Shown: positions 40,235 through 51,714 of the stretch, piece after piece
Layout of the letters: every line of letters starts with the position of its first letter
How positions within the stretch are numbered: position 1 is the stretch's first letter
Source: Sedimentisphaerales bacterium
Lineage (GTDB): Bacteria; Planctomycetota; Phycisphaerae; Sedimentisphaerales; SM23-30
Direction of reading: 5' to 3'
DNA length: 64,000 nt
Assembly (NCBI GenBank): GCA_963663965.2
Contig: CAXXFK010000001.1
Span: forward strand, 288,001-352,000
Program-made: the position numbers and the translations under genes
The notes under the pieces: model-generated
Databases searched by the model: none
The model's input: the letters and a program-made list of their open reading frames with translations, nothing else
Told to the model about the DNA's origin: nothing

Positions 40235-41662
40235 TTACCCTCGCTTTAATGGCGGCATGGAAGGGGCATCCGACACTGGCAGATAACTACGTAATTTCGC
40301 CATCACCCAGCCATAATCTTTTTTCCCGGCCAGATTAGTCCATTCATTCGGATCTTTCTCCCGATCATAAAGTTCTTCCCCGCCATCCTGATAGCGAATA
40401 TAACGCCATTCCTTCCCGCGCAGTGAATGATTTTTGAATCCATGCGTGGTTAAACTCGGAAACTCACGTTTGACCGTCACATCTTTAAGCTGGGGCAATA
40501 ATGATACCCCCTCCAATTGCGTTGGACTTTCCAATCCGCAAAGTTCCACCAGGGTGGGATAAATATCGATCAGATTCACCGGTTCATCACAACGCTGGTT
40601 AGGCCGGGTAACTCCCGGCGCTACCCAGAGCATTACATTATGAGTCGCCTCTTCCCATAACGCGAACTTACGCCAGTGTAGCTTTTCTCCCAGGTGCCAG
40701 CCATGATCTGACCAGAGTACGATAATCCAGTTATCCTGATCAGTCCGTTTTTCCAGGGCAGCGATGACCCGCCCAAGCTGCTCATCCATAAAGTGAATTG
40801 AAGCCAGATATCCCTGCACCGCCTGGCGCCATTGATCGTGATCGATAACCGCTTTATGATCGCCATTAGGCCCGGCCATGCGCACTCCCGCTGCGGGGAC
40901 ATCGTCCAGATCATTTTCTTTGATCGTCGGCAAAATAATCTGATCCAGCGGAAACCGATCAAAATATTGCTGCGGAACATACCACGGCAGGTGTGGCCGA
41001 AAGAAACCGCACCCCAGGAACAATGGCTTGTCGTACTCTTTTTGCAGTTGTTCCATCACCCAACTGGCCACTTGATAGTCACCCATTTCCGAGGCTTCAT
41101 TTTCCAACGGTCCCCAATCAAAATGGGCTTTACCCAGACCATTCAGATTTTTCCTGGGCGGCAGTGGATCATTCGGTTTATCCTTAATGCCATCCGGCCA
41201 GTATTCATCCCAGCCTTGAGGATCATTGCACCCGCCATGATAAATCTTACCCGAAGCAATCGCGCGATACCCCTGATTACGAAAATGTTGCTGCAAACGA
41301 ACACAGTCATTCAACTTTGAATTTTTATGCCAGTCCTGTTCATTCAGATAATGCCCGGACGTTGAGGGCTTGATACCACTCATCAGGGCAATTCGAGATG
41401 GATTACAGGCCGGCGCGGCGCAATGTGCGCTGGTAAACAAAACCCCTTTGGCCGCCAGACGGTCCAGATTGGGCGTTTTGGTTTGAGGATGACCCCCCAG
41501 GCAACCAACCCAGTCGTTCAGATCATCTACCGCAATAAAAAGCACATTCGGCTTCTTCGGCTGTGCCGCCTCGGAAGAGGCTATCCAACGGGAAACAAAG
41601 AGGCCGGAAAAAATCCTTCCGGATGTTTTAATAAACGTCCTGCGATCCATGGACTGAGTCAT
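40235..41662 (-). CDS. Formylglycine-dependent (S1) sulfatase, Tat-exported, iduronate/choline-sulfatase-like
   Basis: DRRTFI Tat motif; CNPSR; GKIYH; SDHGWHLGEK. Confidence 0.93.
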   Translation of the reverse strand: MTQSMDRRTFIKTSGRIFSGLFVSRWIASSEAAQPKKPNVLFIAVDDLNDWVGCLGGHPQTKTPNLDRLAAKGVLFTSAHCAAPACNPSRIALMSGIKPSTSGHYLNEQDWHKNSKLNDCVRLQQHFRNQGYRAIASGKIYHGGCNDPQGWDEYWPDGIKDKPNDPLPPRKNLNGLGKAHFDWGPLENEASEMGDYQVASWVMEQLQKEYDKPLFLGCGFFRPHLPWYVPQQYFDRFPLDQIILPTIKENDLDDVPAAGVRMAGPNGDHKAVIDHDQWRQAVQGYLASIHFMDEQLGRVIAALEKRTDQDNWIIVLWSDHGWHLGEKLHWRKFALWEEATHNVMLWVAPGVTRPNQRCDEPVNLIDIYPTLVELCGLESPTQLEGVSLLPQLKDVTVKREFPSLTTHGFKNHSLRGKEWRYIRYQDGGEELYDREKDPNEWTNLAGKKDYGWVMAKLRSYLPVSDAPSMPPLKRG

Positions 41663-41699
41663 ATCTACTCCCAATATATCTAATAAATTACAAAATAAA

Positions 41700-43694
41700 T
41701 TAATCACCACCAGAATAGCGATGGCCGAAACCCTCATCAGGCGTTCCGGTATGACAAACCAGACAGTTACTGATGGGGCCGGCCTGGCCCTGTAGATTGA
41801 TCGCCTGGATATTGTCCGCGTCGGTTAATGTCGGTGTAATCGCATGCGGACTGCCGTGACACGCGGCACAGTGAACGCCATGATGCCCTTTGGAATCTTT
41901 AAAAAGGGTATTGGCCTGTTCAAATTGGAAACTGGGACGGCTGATTTTATGACAGGATTCACAACGCGGTTCATCGATCCAGGGCTGCCGGGTTGAGGCG
42001 CCCACTGCATCCATCGAACCGTGGCAATTCAGACAGGTCATATCAGCCGCCGCATGGACATCGCGTAAACACTGGGTCTGTATCCCCGGATGACAGGCAT
42101 AACAGGTAATATTATTCAACTGGCCCAGAACTGGCGTCATGCGTGAGGCATGAGCGCTGTGCATAGCCCGCGAAAGCGATGGCAAAGCCGGACTTCCCGA
42201 CAATCCCAATGGCTTAAGGGGCTCCTGTTCATGACAACTGCCGCAAGTCACCGGTTTGCTGTTTTCCAGATTGGTCAGATGCAACCGGTCATGATCCTGT
42301 AAAATATCCGTTGCGGTTGAAATGCCTGGCTCATTATGGCATAAATCACAACTGATTTCCCATGACACTGGCACAACCGCTTGCGTGGCGGCTTTGACGA
42401 CTCCGTTTTGATAAACTTCAATCGTCGCCAGCGGAAAAGGATCCAATTGGTCATTATCGAGGATCGGAGTCACCGGTATGCCAATCGCCACCCAGTCATT
42501 TGTTCCGGTTGGCGTTAACGGACCGGCCAGCCCGGTTCCGGTCAGACCCACATCCGCAGGCAAATCCATTCCCAGCAATTCGGGGGCGTAATCCCAGAAA
42601 TTGGTTTTGGTTACCGAGGTGGTATTTCCCGGGATACTGAACCAGGGAGTCACACCGCTGGTAATGATTCTCGGCTCTTCACCACGCCGTTCGATGATCT
42701 GAGCGTGCAAATTATTAAAAGGCGGCAGGATCATCATTTCCGAAAAATCCTCATTCATGCAGTGCATCCCCAGATCGTTATAACCCAGAACTACCAGCTT
42801 GTCGGAATAAACTTCAGGTCTGGACGGATTTTTCGGATCCGTCACGGCGACCGACTGATCAAACGAATCAAATTTCAAATTGAAAGTAACCGGATTGTAT
42901 TGATTGCCAATGTCGGCGTTTTTAATGTAAATATAGTAGGCCGCTTTATCGAAATCGAACTGGATCTTACTAAGTTCGGTTTGAGACGAAGCATATGACC
43001 AGCGATGATATTTTCCTTTACCAACATCAGATAACAGGCCGGCGGAAAGGGTGGTCGTATAACTGCCCCAGGCGATATCAACTGCAGCGGCTGATAAATC
43101 CATGGCAGAGTTCTCCAACGTAATTCGACCCTTTAAGAGGACAGAATCCCGGGGAGAATCGCCGGCGCCGCTCAATTTAAAGCCGATGCTGTCTACCGTA
43201 AGGCTGTCTTCCCAGTTCCGTTTAAAATACAACAGATCGGACCCTTTCACACTGGCTTCAGCAGAGGCCTGGAAATCCGCAGCTTGCAATTCTACCGTAA
43301 CCGGACTGGCGAGCCCGCTCAGATCGATATGAGAAGCCTTGACATAAAAGTAACCTTTCGATGGTTTAAATAAAACGGAAGTTATACCACTGGCTTTGGC
43401 AGAATATCGATAGTATTTCCCTTTGGGCGTCAAGGTGATCGATTCTTCGTAAGGACCGGCCTTGATCAACAGTGGACCCGAAGCAAGCTGGGCTTCGCTG
43501 ATATCGGTCGTACCCACAATCTTGAAGGAGTCACTGCCGGCAAGCCGTCCCGCAGAAATCGCCATGACAATGTCGGATAACGAATCAGCCCGGACGATCG
43601 AATAACTGAATAAGAAAGCAATCAAAAGAATTATTCGGAAAAGCCCTGCGATAAAAAGATCTCGTCTCGGAGGCAATGGCATGTCATTCTTCAT
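41700..43694 (-). CDS. Secreted multiheme cytochrome c (7 CxxCH) with a duplicated N-terminal beta-rich domain
   Basis: CDLCH, CGSCH, CYACH, CLNCH, CESCH, CAACH, CLVCH; NDLGMHC motif; signal peptide. Confidence 0.9.
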   Translation of the reverse strand: MKNDMPLPPRRDLFIAGLFRIILLIAFLFSYSIVRADSLSDIVMAISAGRLAGSDSFKIVGTTDISEAQLASGPLLIKAGPYEESITLTPKGKYYRYSAKASGITSVLFKPSKGYFYVKASHIDLSGLASPVTVELQAADFQASAEASVKGSDLLYFKRNWEDSLTVDSIGFKLSGAGDSPRDSVLLKGRITLENSAMDLSAAAVDIAWGSYTTTLSAGLLSDVGKGKYHRWSYASSQTELSKIQFDFDKAAYYIYIKNADIGNQYNPVTFNLKFDSFDQSVAVTDPKNPSRPEVYSDKLVVLGYNDLGMHCMNEDFSEMMILPPFNNLHAQIIERRGEEPRIITSGVTPWFSIPGNTTSVTKTNFWDYAPELLGMDLPADVGLTGTGLAGPLTPTGTNDWVAIGIPVTPILDNDQLDPFPLATIEVYQNGVVKAATQAVVPVSWEISCDLCHNEPGISTATDILQDHDRLHLTNLENSKPVTCGSCHEQEPLKPLGLSGSPALPSLSRAMHSAHASRMTPVLGQLNNITCYACHPGIQTQCLRDVHAAADMTCLNCHGSMDAVGASTRQPWIDEPRCESCHKISRPSFQFEQANTLFKDSKGHHGVHCAACHGSPHAITPTLTDADNIQAINLQGQAGPISNCLVCHTGTPDEGFGHRYSGGD

Positions 43695-44030
43695 AAAATC
43701 TCCTACTGACTACTGTCAAATGGATTAGAGTCATTTAACCCGTTCGAAATAGTAGCCGCGAAATCAAAAACATTGACAAAACATTAAAAAACAGAATGGA
43801 TATCTTAACGTCATAAAATGACCCCACTTCGGATATTAATGGTATCAATAGTGTATCAAAAACTCCAATTCCTCATCCGGAATTACTTGTTTCCCAAATT
43901 TGATATTTACAATTACAATAATCTATTCCCCCCTGATAATGCAAAACAAATTTACAATATCGTTAAATTGACAATAACTATTTATCGACAAGTAAACAAT
44001 ATTTAATATATAGCGATTAAAGGCGTATCT

Positions 44031-45503
44031 TTATAATTTTTTATTCTGCCTGACCTGCTTTTTTGGGGGGAGATCTGATGAGGATGAATTGGATTCATAT
44101 GCCGGATTTGGTTGCGATGGCAGCGATGCTTGAATCTGACTCTGCCAGTGGAGCAGGTCGACGAGTAGTTCATCACGTTTGGCTTTATTTAATTGCGCCA
44201 GGTCATTACGTTCACCGATATCCTCTTTTAAGTTATACAATTCTACCGCGTTATTGGTATCCAGATGATCGCGTCCGCCATCCAGTTGCCACTCTTCATG
44301 ATAAAGCAGCAGCTTCCAGTCGCCCTTGCGAATCACACTGACCGGCCGGGTCCGGAAAATCGGATCACGGCCGCGCGGTACCGGATTATTCAGGTAACCG
44401 GGAAAATGCCAGAAAATCGCCTGGCGCTGCAACACACCATCGCCGTGCAATAATGGCATCAGGCTTTCGCCATCCAGTATTTTACCCACCGGCGCTTTCG
44501 TATTAGTAGCATCCAGAAAAGTCGGAAACAGGTCCAGATTGATGACCGGCACACTACATGTTGAACCGGCCGCGACAATACCCGGCCAGCGGACGATAAA
44601 TGGTTCACGGATACCCCCCTCATAATAACAGCCCTTAGCGCCTCGCAATGGTTCCTGAGACGATTGGGGTGTGCCGCCATTATCAGAAGTGAAAACAACC
44701 AGGGTATTCTCTTCAAGTTTTAAATCACGCAGTTTTTTTAATACAATACCCACACCATCATCGAGATCATAGGTACAACCCGCGTAAAGCGCGTTATTAT
44801 GTTGCTCGCCGGGTTGTTTATTCTTAAACTTATCCAGGGTTGCCTGACGCGTCTGCAATCCCGAATGGATCGCATGATGAGCGATATAAGCGAAAAATGG
44901 TTTCGTTCGGTTTTGTTCCATAAAGTCACAGGCGGCCCGGCACAAGGTATAAATCCCCTTGGGATCTTCTTTCACTCCGCTTCCTGGATAATTTTGATCC
45001 AGTACCGTTTCAAATCCCTGATCACCGGGCTCGGTGCCCGGCACTTTGGCGCTATTCAAATGCCACTTGCCGAAGCAGCCCGTGGCATAGCCGGCCTCTT
45101 TGAGCGCTTCAGCCATGGTGACCATTTCCGGGGCAAGATAAACCGTATTCGGTATCGGCAGCAAACGCATCAGATTTTTCGGACCACGTTCTGTACTGGT
45201 GACGGCATAGACCCCATGTCGGGGAGTATATTGGCCCGAAAGCAGGCAGGCACGGCTGGGAGCACAATTCCCCGCAGCCGCGTAGGCATCGGTAAACACC
45301 ATGCCTTCACGGGCCAGTCGGTCGATATTCGGAGTTTCGTAAAAATCTGTACCCTGATATCCGACGTCTTTCCACCCCAGATCATCGGCAAAGATAAAAA
45401 CAATATTTGGCTGCGTGCGCTCAGCGGTCAGTAGTGCTTGAAACATCAGGAAGGTTAAGATAAAAAAACCTGATATCACATGAGAGTTTTTCTTGTGAAA
45501 CAT
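44031..45503 (-). CDS. S1 sulfatase
   Basis: ADDLG, CAPSR, GKWHL, SDNGG, YEGGIR. Confidence 0.93.
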   Translation of the reverse strand: MFHKKNSHVISGFFILTFLMFQALLTAERTQPNIVFIFADDLGWKDVGYQGTDFYETPNIDRLAREGMVFTDAYAAAGNCAPSRACLLSGQYTPRHGVYAVTSTERGPKNLMRLLPIPNTVYLAPEMVTMAEALKEAGYATGCFGKWHLNSAKVPGTEPGDQGFETVLDQNYPGSGVKEDPKGIYTLCRAACDFMEQNRTKPFFAYIAHHAIHSGLQTRQATLDKFKNKQPGEQHNNALYAGCTYDLDDGVGIVLKKLRDLKLEENTLVVFTSDNGGTPQSSQEPLRGAKGCYYEGGIREPFIVRWPGIVAAGSTCSVPVINLDLFPTFLDATNTKAPVGKILDGESLMPLLHGDGVLQRQAIFWHFPGYLNNPVPRGRDPIFRTRPVSVIRKGDWKLLLYHEEWQLDGGRDHLDTNNAVELYNLKEDIGERNDLAQLNKAKRDELLVDLLHWQSQIQASLPSQPNPAYESNSSSSDLPPKKQVRQNKKL

Positions 45504-45554
45504 ACAATCATAATCCTTATAAAAAGAGATAGCCGCGCAATTCAATCGCAAAGT

Positions 45555-47021
45555 TTATTCATCCACGCCTTTCCAGTTATTGCTTTTTGCATTTTGCCGT
45601 TCCAGCGCTTTCATTTCTGTGGCGATTCCCTCATCTCCCTGCTGTTTCATCCAGCGGTTCAGTTCTTTCCGGAGACCCGCTTTAATATCGACCAGTTTCG
45701 GATCATCCGCCAGGTTATGCAACTCATACGGATCCGTCCTCAGATCATACAACTCTTCTTCCGGTCGATTCTGATAAAAAGCCGCTCTCTCACTGGCATC
45801 AGGATTGGTCTCGCCCAATTTCTTCCAGGCCTTGAAAATAACGTTATTGGTGGCCGCGTTATTAAATGTTGCCTGATAATTCGGATTCCAGATATATTTA
45901 TAGCGCCGGTCTCTGACCGAGCGAATCGGATAGCAGCCGGTTCCATTGATAATACCTCGGGTCGTGTGCTGGCCATAAACGAAATCCCGCCCTTTAAAGT
46001 CTTTGCCATCCAGCAGGGCCAGGAAACTCTGACCGTCAAAACCACGTTTCCCCTCCGCGTCCGGACATCCCGTATCGATCTTACCGGGATCACCGCCGGC
46101 CGCCTCAACCAGTGTTGGCACGACATCCACGTATTGGACCATGGCGTCATGGCGACTGCCGGACTTGATCCGGCCGGGCCAGCGCAATATAAAGGCGGTT
46201 TTCAAACCGGCATCATAACAGGTCCATTTGCCATATGGAAAACTGTTGCCCTGTTCGCTGGTGAACATCAATAACGTATGGTCTTCCTGACCGGACGATT
46301 TAAGAATGTCCATACAGCGCCCCACCTGGTCATCCAGATAGGTGATTTCCGCATAGTATTTAACCAGGTTCTTCCGGGTTTCCGGACAGTCCACCAGATT
46401 GGGCGGAACCCGAACGTCCTTGGGCTTATATAAACTGGTATTACCACGATTATACGGCGTATGAGGCTGATTGGAACACACAACCAGCAGCCAGGGTTGC
46501 TGTTGATTGCGAGTAATGAATTCTTCGATTTTATTGAAATCGAATTCATCGCCATTCCCACCGTCATGCTGCATACCACCCAGATATTCAAAGGGAAAAG
46601 ATTCGGGTGGATTATAATGCTGTTTGTTAATTAATGCCGTACGGTATCCCAGGGCTTGTAAATGATGAGCCACACTTCGAGTGCCGTCATAAACGCGGCT
46701 ATGATTAGGATAAGCGCCATTGCGGATGGGAAACAGTCCGGTATAAAGTTGCTGGCGTGTAGGAGCGCACATTGCTGTTCCGGTAAACATGCGATCAAGA
46801 CATAATCCCTGGTCGGCCAGCTTCTGCAGATTGGGCGTCTTCACATCGTTACTGCCATAGGGCTGACAATCCCACCAGGTCATGTCATCACCGATAATCA
46901 GCATAAAATTGGGGCGTTGATCGGCCACGGCGTAACCCTGGCGGCTCGCCCAAACCAGGCCGATGCCCGCCAGACCGGCTTGACGCAAAAAATCACGACG
47001 ATTAGACAGCTGATTTACCAT
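45555..47021 (-). CDS. S1 sulfatase (N-sulfoglucosamine sulfohydrolase-like), Tat signal
   Basis: NRRDFL, CAPTR, EELYDL. Confidence 0.9.
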   Translation of the reverse strand: MVNQLSNRRDFLRQAGLAGIGLVWASRQGYAVADQRPNFMLIIGDDMTWWDCQPYGSNDVKTPNLQKLADQGLCLDRMFTGTAMCAPTRQQLYTGLFPIRNGAYPNHSRVYDGTRSVAHHLQALGYRTALINKQHYNPPESFPFEYLGGMQHDGGNGDEFDFNKIEEFITRNQQQPWLLVVCSNQPHTPYNRGNTSLYKPKDVRVPPNLVDCPETRKNLVKYYAEITYLDDQVGRCMDILKSSGQEDHTLLMFTSEQGNSFPYGKWTCYDAGLKTAFILRWPGRIKSGSRHDAMVQYVDVVPTLVEAAGGDPGKIDTGCPDAEGKRGFDGQSFLALLDGKDFKGRDFVYGQHTTRGIINGTGCYPIRSVRDRRYKYIWNPNYQATFNNAATNNVIFKAWKKLGETNPDASERAAFYQNRPEEELYDLRTDPYELHNLADDPKLVDIKAGLRKELNRWMKQQGDEGIATEMKALERQNAKSNNWKGVDE

Positions 47022-47109
47022 ACGGAATCCTTTACTTCATGAAGTTGCTAATAGTTATAGCTAAAGTGTTGCAAACAGGAACAAAAATGAAAGCAATAAT
47101 AACGTGATT

Positions 47110-48732
47110 TTACGATAATTTTTTCTCCCAGATCGATGGATAAACCCCGATTCGCCGGGCCTGACGCTCCCACAACTGTGCCATTTCGCGCGCTTTCTCC
47201 GGCATTGCACCGCTCAAATCATGCATCTCCGTCCGGTCCGAATCCATATTGTATAATTCCCAGGGCCCGCCTTTTTTCTGAACCAGTTTCCACTGCCCCT
47301 GACGAATGGCCTTGTTCCATTCATGCTCCCAGAATAAAACCTCATGGAGGGGTTCATTACCACCCTTTAATATTGGCAGAAAACTGCGACCTTCAACCGG
47401 AATGATCTGGTTACCATGATATTCACCAGGATATTCAGCCCCGGCCGCATCCAGACAGGTTGGCAGAATGTCAATGATATGAGCGATCTGGTGGTTCCAT
47501 GTCCCATTCAATCGGGTGGGAATCAGCGCCGGGCAATGCGCAATCAGGGGGGAAGAGATCCCGCCTTCGTGTACAAAATGCTTGTAGCGCCTGAAGGGCG
47601 TGTTCGAGGCGTTTGCCCAGGATGTCCCGTATCTCACAAACGAATCTGCGTCTCCCCAAACACTATTCTTTTTGCTGTTGACTGCCATTTTGCCACCCTC
47701 GGCGCAACCGCCGTTGTCCGAACAGAACAGGATCAGGGTATTATCTAAAATCTGCCGCAGTTTAAGTGCCTCAACCAACTTTCCAATACTGCGGTCCATA
47801 CACTCAACAGTAGCGGCATAAGCCGCCATGGCCCGGTCTTGTATCTTCTGTTCCCTTGGAGTTAGACTGTTCCAGTCGGGAACTGCTTCATCCCGTGGCG
47901 TCAACGGCCATTGAGGTTGTATCAATCCCATTTCCTGCTGCTTCTTCAGGCGGGAGCGTCGCAATTCATCCCAGCCCTTTCGATATTTACCCACATATTT
48001 CTGGATCACCTCTTCCGGAGCCTGAATGGGCCAGTGAGGTGCGTTATGAGCCAGATACAAAAAAAATGGCTTGTCTTGTTCCAGGGCCTCATCGATAAAT
48101 CCGATGCCATAGTCGGTCCAGGCATTGGTTGAATACCAGCCCTCGGGCGTTTTATCCGGTTCATTGGCCGGCATGACCACGGTATTTCCCAGGACCACAT
48201 CCTTGGTCGCATGGTAATAGAATCCACCGCCGGCCGGTACGCCATAAAACCGGTCGAATCCCCGTTGCAGGGGCCAGTAATCCTTTTGTTTGGCTCCAAC
48301 ATGCCATTTTCCTGACACCACAGTAAAATATCCAGCCGGTTTGATCGCCTCGCCAATCGTAACACAACGACGATTCAAATAGCCCCGATAGGAAGGATAG
48401 TCCTCCCCATGGTCTTCGTTCATATGTCCAATACCCGTCTGATGAGAATACAGACCGGTCAGGATACTCGCCCGGGTGGGACAACAGCGCGCCGTGTTAT
48501 AAAATTGGGTAAAACGCAATCCACCCGCCGCCAGTTTGTCCAGATTGGGCGTTTCGATTTCACCTCCGTAACAACCGATATCAGAAAAACCCATATCATC
48601 CACCATAATAACAATTATATTAGGCTTTCGATTTCCTCGTTGTTCTACTTCCGCATTAATGCCATAACTAGTTAGCAATACACCCAAACCGCCCGCCAGG
48701 CTTCTCTTTAAAAATTCTCGTCTGTTTTGCAT
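47110..48732 (-). CDS. Arylsulfatase (S1), Tat signal
   Basis: NRREFL, CCPTR, GKWHVG, NAPHWP, SNTPFR. Confidence 0.93.
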   Translation of the reverse strand: MQNRREFLKRSLAGGLGVLLTSYGINAEVEQRGNRKPNIIVIMVDDMGFSDIGCYGGEIETPNLDKLAAGGLRFTQFYNTARCCPTRASILTGLYSHQTGIGHMNEDHGEDYPSYRGYLNRRCVTIGEAIKPAGYFTVVSGKWHVGAKQKDYWPLQRGFDRFYGVPAGGGFYYHATKDVVLGNTVVMPANEPDKTPEGWYSTNAWTDYGIGFIDEALEQDKPFFLYLAHNAPHWPIQAPEEVIQKYVGKYRKGWDELRRSRLKKQQEMGLIQPQWPLTPRDEAVPDWNSLTPREQKIQDRAMAAYAATVECMDRSIGKLVEALKLRQILDNTLILFCSDNGGCAEGGKMAVNSKKNSVWGDADSFVRYGTSWANASNTPFRRYKHFVHEGGISSPLIAHCPALIPTRLNGTWNHQIAHIIDILPTCLDAAGAEYPGEYHGNQIIPVEGRSFLPILKGGNEPLHEVLFWEHEWNKAIRQGQWKLVQKKGGPWELYNMDSDRTEMHDLSGAMPEKAREMAQLWERQARRIGVYPSIWEKKLS

Positions 48733-49025
48733 AAAATCCCTCAAAATAGAATAAAATGATCGCTTACAACAATTAAGGCCTATATAGAAACCCTATTCAA
48801 CCCTGTTTTTTAACAAAAAAAATCCCACATTCTTGCTTCTTTACCCGCTAATTTTTATATCCATTTGATTTTAATGGTTTTATAAGCAATTATGACGAAA
48901 AAAGTCAACCCGGTATTTACTGCGAACAACCGGTGTGCATCCGGAAATTCCCTCAATAATATCCATACCTTCCCGGAGCCTACCCCCCCTCATCAATTGC
49001 CGGTAAGTTTTGGATCGGAAAAAGC

Positions 49026-51386
49026 TTAGGGGATCAGATTCTTCGCATGAGGAGAATAGGGAAGCGTCGTCTGGAGCCAATCGACCGCCGTTTGAGACAA
49101 TTGCTGTATATTCCCCGGCGCTGGAACCGAGCCGGATGATTCATTCAGCCAGTTTACCGCCAGCAGTGCATAATCGAACAAATCCACGAAACAGTCAAAA
49201 TTATAATCGGCTGCCAGATAACCCCATGCGCCACACTCGTTCTCGGTTATTTCAACGGTCAATTCAACCGGGGATAACGTGCTGAAACGATAATCATCAC
49301 TGACAATCAGATGCAGAAGAACCGTTTCGTGAGGATCGGCTTCCAACACATCATCGTCTATCGCTGTAATAGTCACTGTTTGCGGCTGATTCCAGTTAGA
49401 AGCGTTGAATTCCAGTTGGTCCGGCTCAACCCGTAACTGAGAATTGTCTACCATGTAAATATCCACTGGATTGACCAGCGGACCAGTGCCGGGCGGCAAC
49501 ACCAACCGGATCTGGTAGGTATCAGAAGTTTCACCCTGTTCACTTACCCTGGTTGTTCCATCTGTCTGAACAATAATCAGCGATCCGGGTATATGATAAA
49601 GAAATTCTGAAGGATCTAAGGCCCGGTCGCTGATCCGGACATCGTCGATCCGTCCATTGACAAAATCGGTGATCCCATTATTGAACATACCCCGCCCAAT
49701 GGTCCAGGGCCGGCCGGTATTCTGCCGGATCAAAGCAGGCGTGCCCGTTAAGGGGATCGATGCCTCCAGTTGATATCCGTGCCCATCCAGTTGATCCACA
49801 AAGAGATCCAGCGCCTGAGCGGTACTCCGCGCCGCCAGGTGATACCAGTGGCCGGCCTGTACGGTCCAGGTTGTATTGGCCTGATAGATCCGGCTATCAA
49901 CCGCGGTGAACTGAATGCGAAAATGATGATCCGAGGTTTTTTGAAAGTACAATGGGGCCAGTTTACTGTCAAGCGGCGTCACGTTATAACCATCGCGCCC
50001 GACAAAAGTCTGCCAGCCGTTCAGGCCGAAAAAGTATACCGACGCCTCGACCGTCCAGGCATCGGGAGTAACCACACGCAAATCATGACCGGCCACATTA
50101 CCGCTGCCCGAATAAATGTCCCGGTTATCGCTGTCATAGACACTGCTTAATCCACTGCCGGTTGGCGTTTCACCCGTCGCCGAAAAGCTGGGGGCGGTAG
50201 CCGGAGCCCAGGCCAGCAGGTCATTACCATTACCGGAAATATCACGGGCGGCAATAATTGAAATATCGGTTCCTTCCAGCGTATCCGCCATAATCGAACC
50301 GGGCGAGCCTTCATCGAACGTCCACCAGGCCAGCGTGCCAACCCGGCTGGGTTGCGTAACCGGTTCACCTACCACCGGCCAGCCATCAACCGACCAAAAC
50401 AGCCGTTCAATACGCAAAGTAGATCGGCCGTTAAACCAGGCATCATAAGCATGATGTACAAGATAATCCTGACCCTGATGCTGCAAAATGGCGTTATGGC
50501 CCGGACCTTTCCAGCGTCTATCGGCATCGAGCACTAAAGTCCCCCCTCCCTGGAGCATCGCGGTACCATTACGATCTACATAAGGACCGGCCACTGATCC
50601 GCTGCGTCCGACCATGATTTTATAGGTACTGTCAACTCCCTGACAGCATTGATCGAACGAAACGAATAAATAATAATACCCCTGGCGATAGACGATGAAT
50701 GAGGCTTCAATCGCGGTTGAGGGACGGCTCGCCAGAGAAATCAGATCAGGCGGATCGGCCAATGGTTTTCCCGTTGAGGCATCTAATTCAGTCAGTTTGA
50801 TCCCACTCCAAAAGGAACCAAAGGCCATCCACCATTGCCCATCCTGATCCTGAAAGGTATTGCTATCGATGGTGTTATAATTATTACTCGTGCCTGATCC
50901 AATAACCCGGCCTTCATCAACCCATTGATAATTGCTATCATACGGGTTCAGGGTTACGTTTGAAACCAGACCGATACAGGAGGTATTCTGTCCGAAAATT
51001 GACGCGGAATAATAAAGATAATACCGCCCATTACGATAACTGACATCCGGCGCCCAGAGATGATTGACACCGGGAATCTCCTGGGTGACCCAACTGGGCA
51101 ATTGCCAGAACACCCGTCCGATAAACTGCCAGTCATACAGGTCTCTGGAGCGTCGCATTTCAATCCCGGCGCCTGTTGAAAACAGGTAAAACCAGCCATC
51201 CTGTTCCATAATCACCGGGTCATGGACAGACACAGCCTGAGGATCGATGGTTTCTGCAAAACAGCTTGTATTCGTAAATAACCGTAACTCTCCTGCTGCC
51301 AGGCATATGATGATTATCTGGAGAAATTGCCTTCTAATCTGTGACAGCAGTTTAATAAGGGAGTAAATTTTAATAATATTTGACAT
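49026..51386 (-). CDS. GH43 endo-1,5-alpha-L-arabinanase + LamG + Calx-beta-like + dockerin-like C-terminus
   Basis: VHDP, WAPD, GSFWSGIK, GPGHN; LamG (WTVEA...WYHLA...GRIDDVRI); NWNQPQTVT; ADYNFDCFVDLFD...NWL. Confidence 0.88.
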   Translation of the reverse strand: MSNIIKIYSLIKLLSQIRRQFLQIIIICLAAGELRLFTNTSCFAETIDPQAVSVHDPVIMEQDGWFYLFSTGAGIEMRRSRDLYDWQFIGRVFWQLPSWVTQEIPGVNHLWAPDVSYRNGRYYLYYSASIFGQNTSCIGLVSNVTLNPYDSNYQWVDEGRVIGSGTSNNYNTIDSNTFQDQDGQWWMAFGSFWSGIKLTELDASTGKPLADPPDLISLASRPSTAIEASFIVYRQGYYYLFVSFDQCCQGVDSTYKIMVGRSGSVAGPYVDRNGTAMLQGGGTLVLDADRRWKGPGHNAILQHQGQDYLVHHAYDAWFNGRSTLRIERLFWSVDGWPVVGEPVTQPSRVGTLAWWTFDEGSPGSIMADTLEGTDISIIAARDISGNGNDLLAWAPATAPSFSATGETPTGSGLSSVYDSDNRDIYSGSGNVAGHDLRVVTPDAWTVEASVYFFGLNGWQTFVGRDGYNVTPLDSKLAPLYFQKTSDHHFRIQFTAVDSRIYQANTTWTVQAGHWYHLAARSTAQALDLFVDQLDGHGYQLEASIPLTGTPALIRQNTGRPWTIGRGMFNNGITDFVNGRIDDVRISDRALDPSEFLYHIPGSLIIVQTDGTTRVSEQGETSDTYQIRLVLPPGTGPLVNPVDIYMVDNSQLRVEPDQLEFNASNWNQPQTVTITAIDDDVLEADPHETVLLHLIVSDDYRFSTLSPVELTVEITENECGAWGYLAADYNFDCFVDLFDYALLAVNWLNESSGSVPAPGNIQQLSQTAVDWLQTTLPYSPHAKNLIP

Positions 51387-51714
51387 AAGCAATCGCAAAT
51401 CTCTTTTCTGTTATTATTTAACTTTGGAAGCAACAGGGCATGCCCCTATAACCTAACCAGTTTAATTTTCAATAATTAGTGAAAAAACAATCCTCCTGCC
51501 CTTTAACTATCGGTTCAATAATTATACGAATATATGATTATCATATCTGAAATTCAAATGGCTGTCAAAATGGGGAAATTAAAAGTTATTATTGGACAAA
51601 AACTTTGGAATCCTGATTCTACTATGATACAATGTTTATGGCTTGTTAAATTATTGTTTAAATCAGTGTTGATGGCCTGTTGTTTTTTTAATTTAAATGA
51701 TTTGGAGGACGGAA

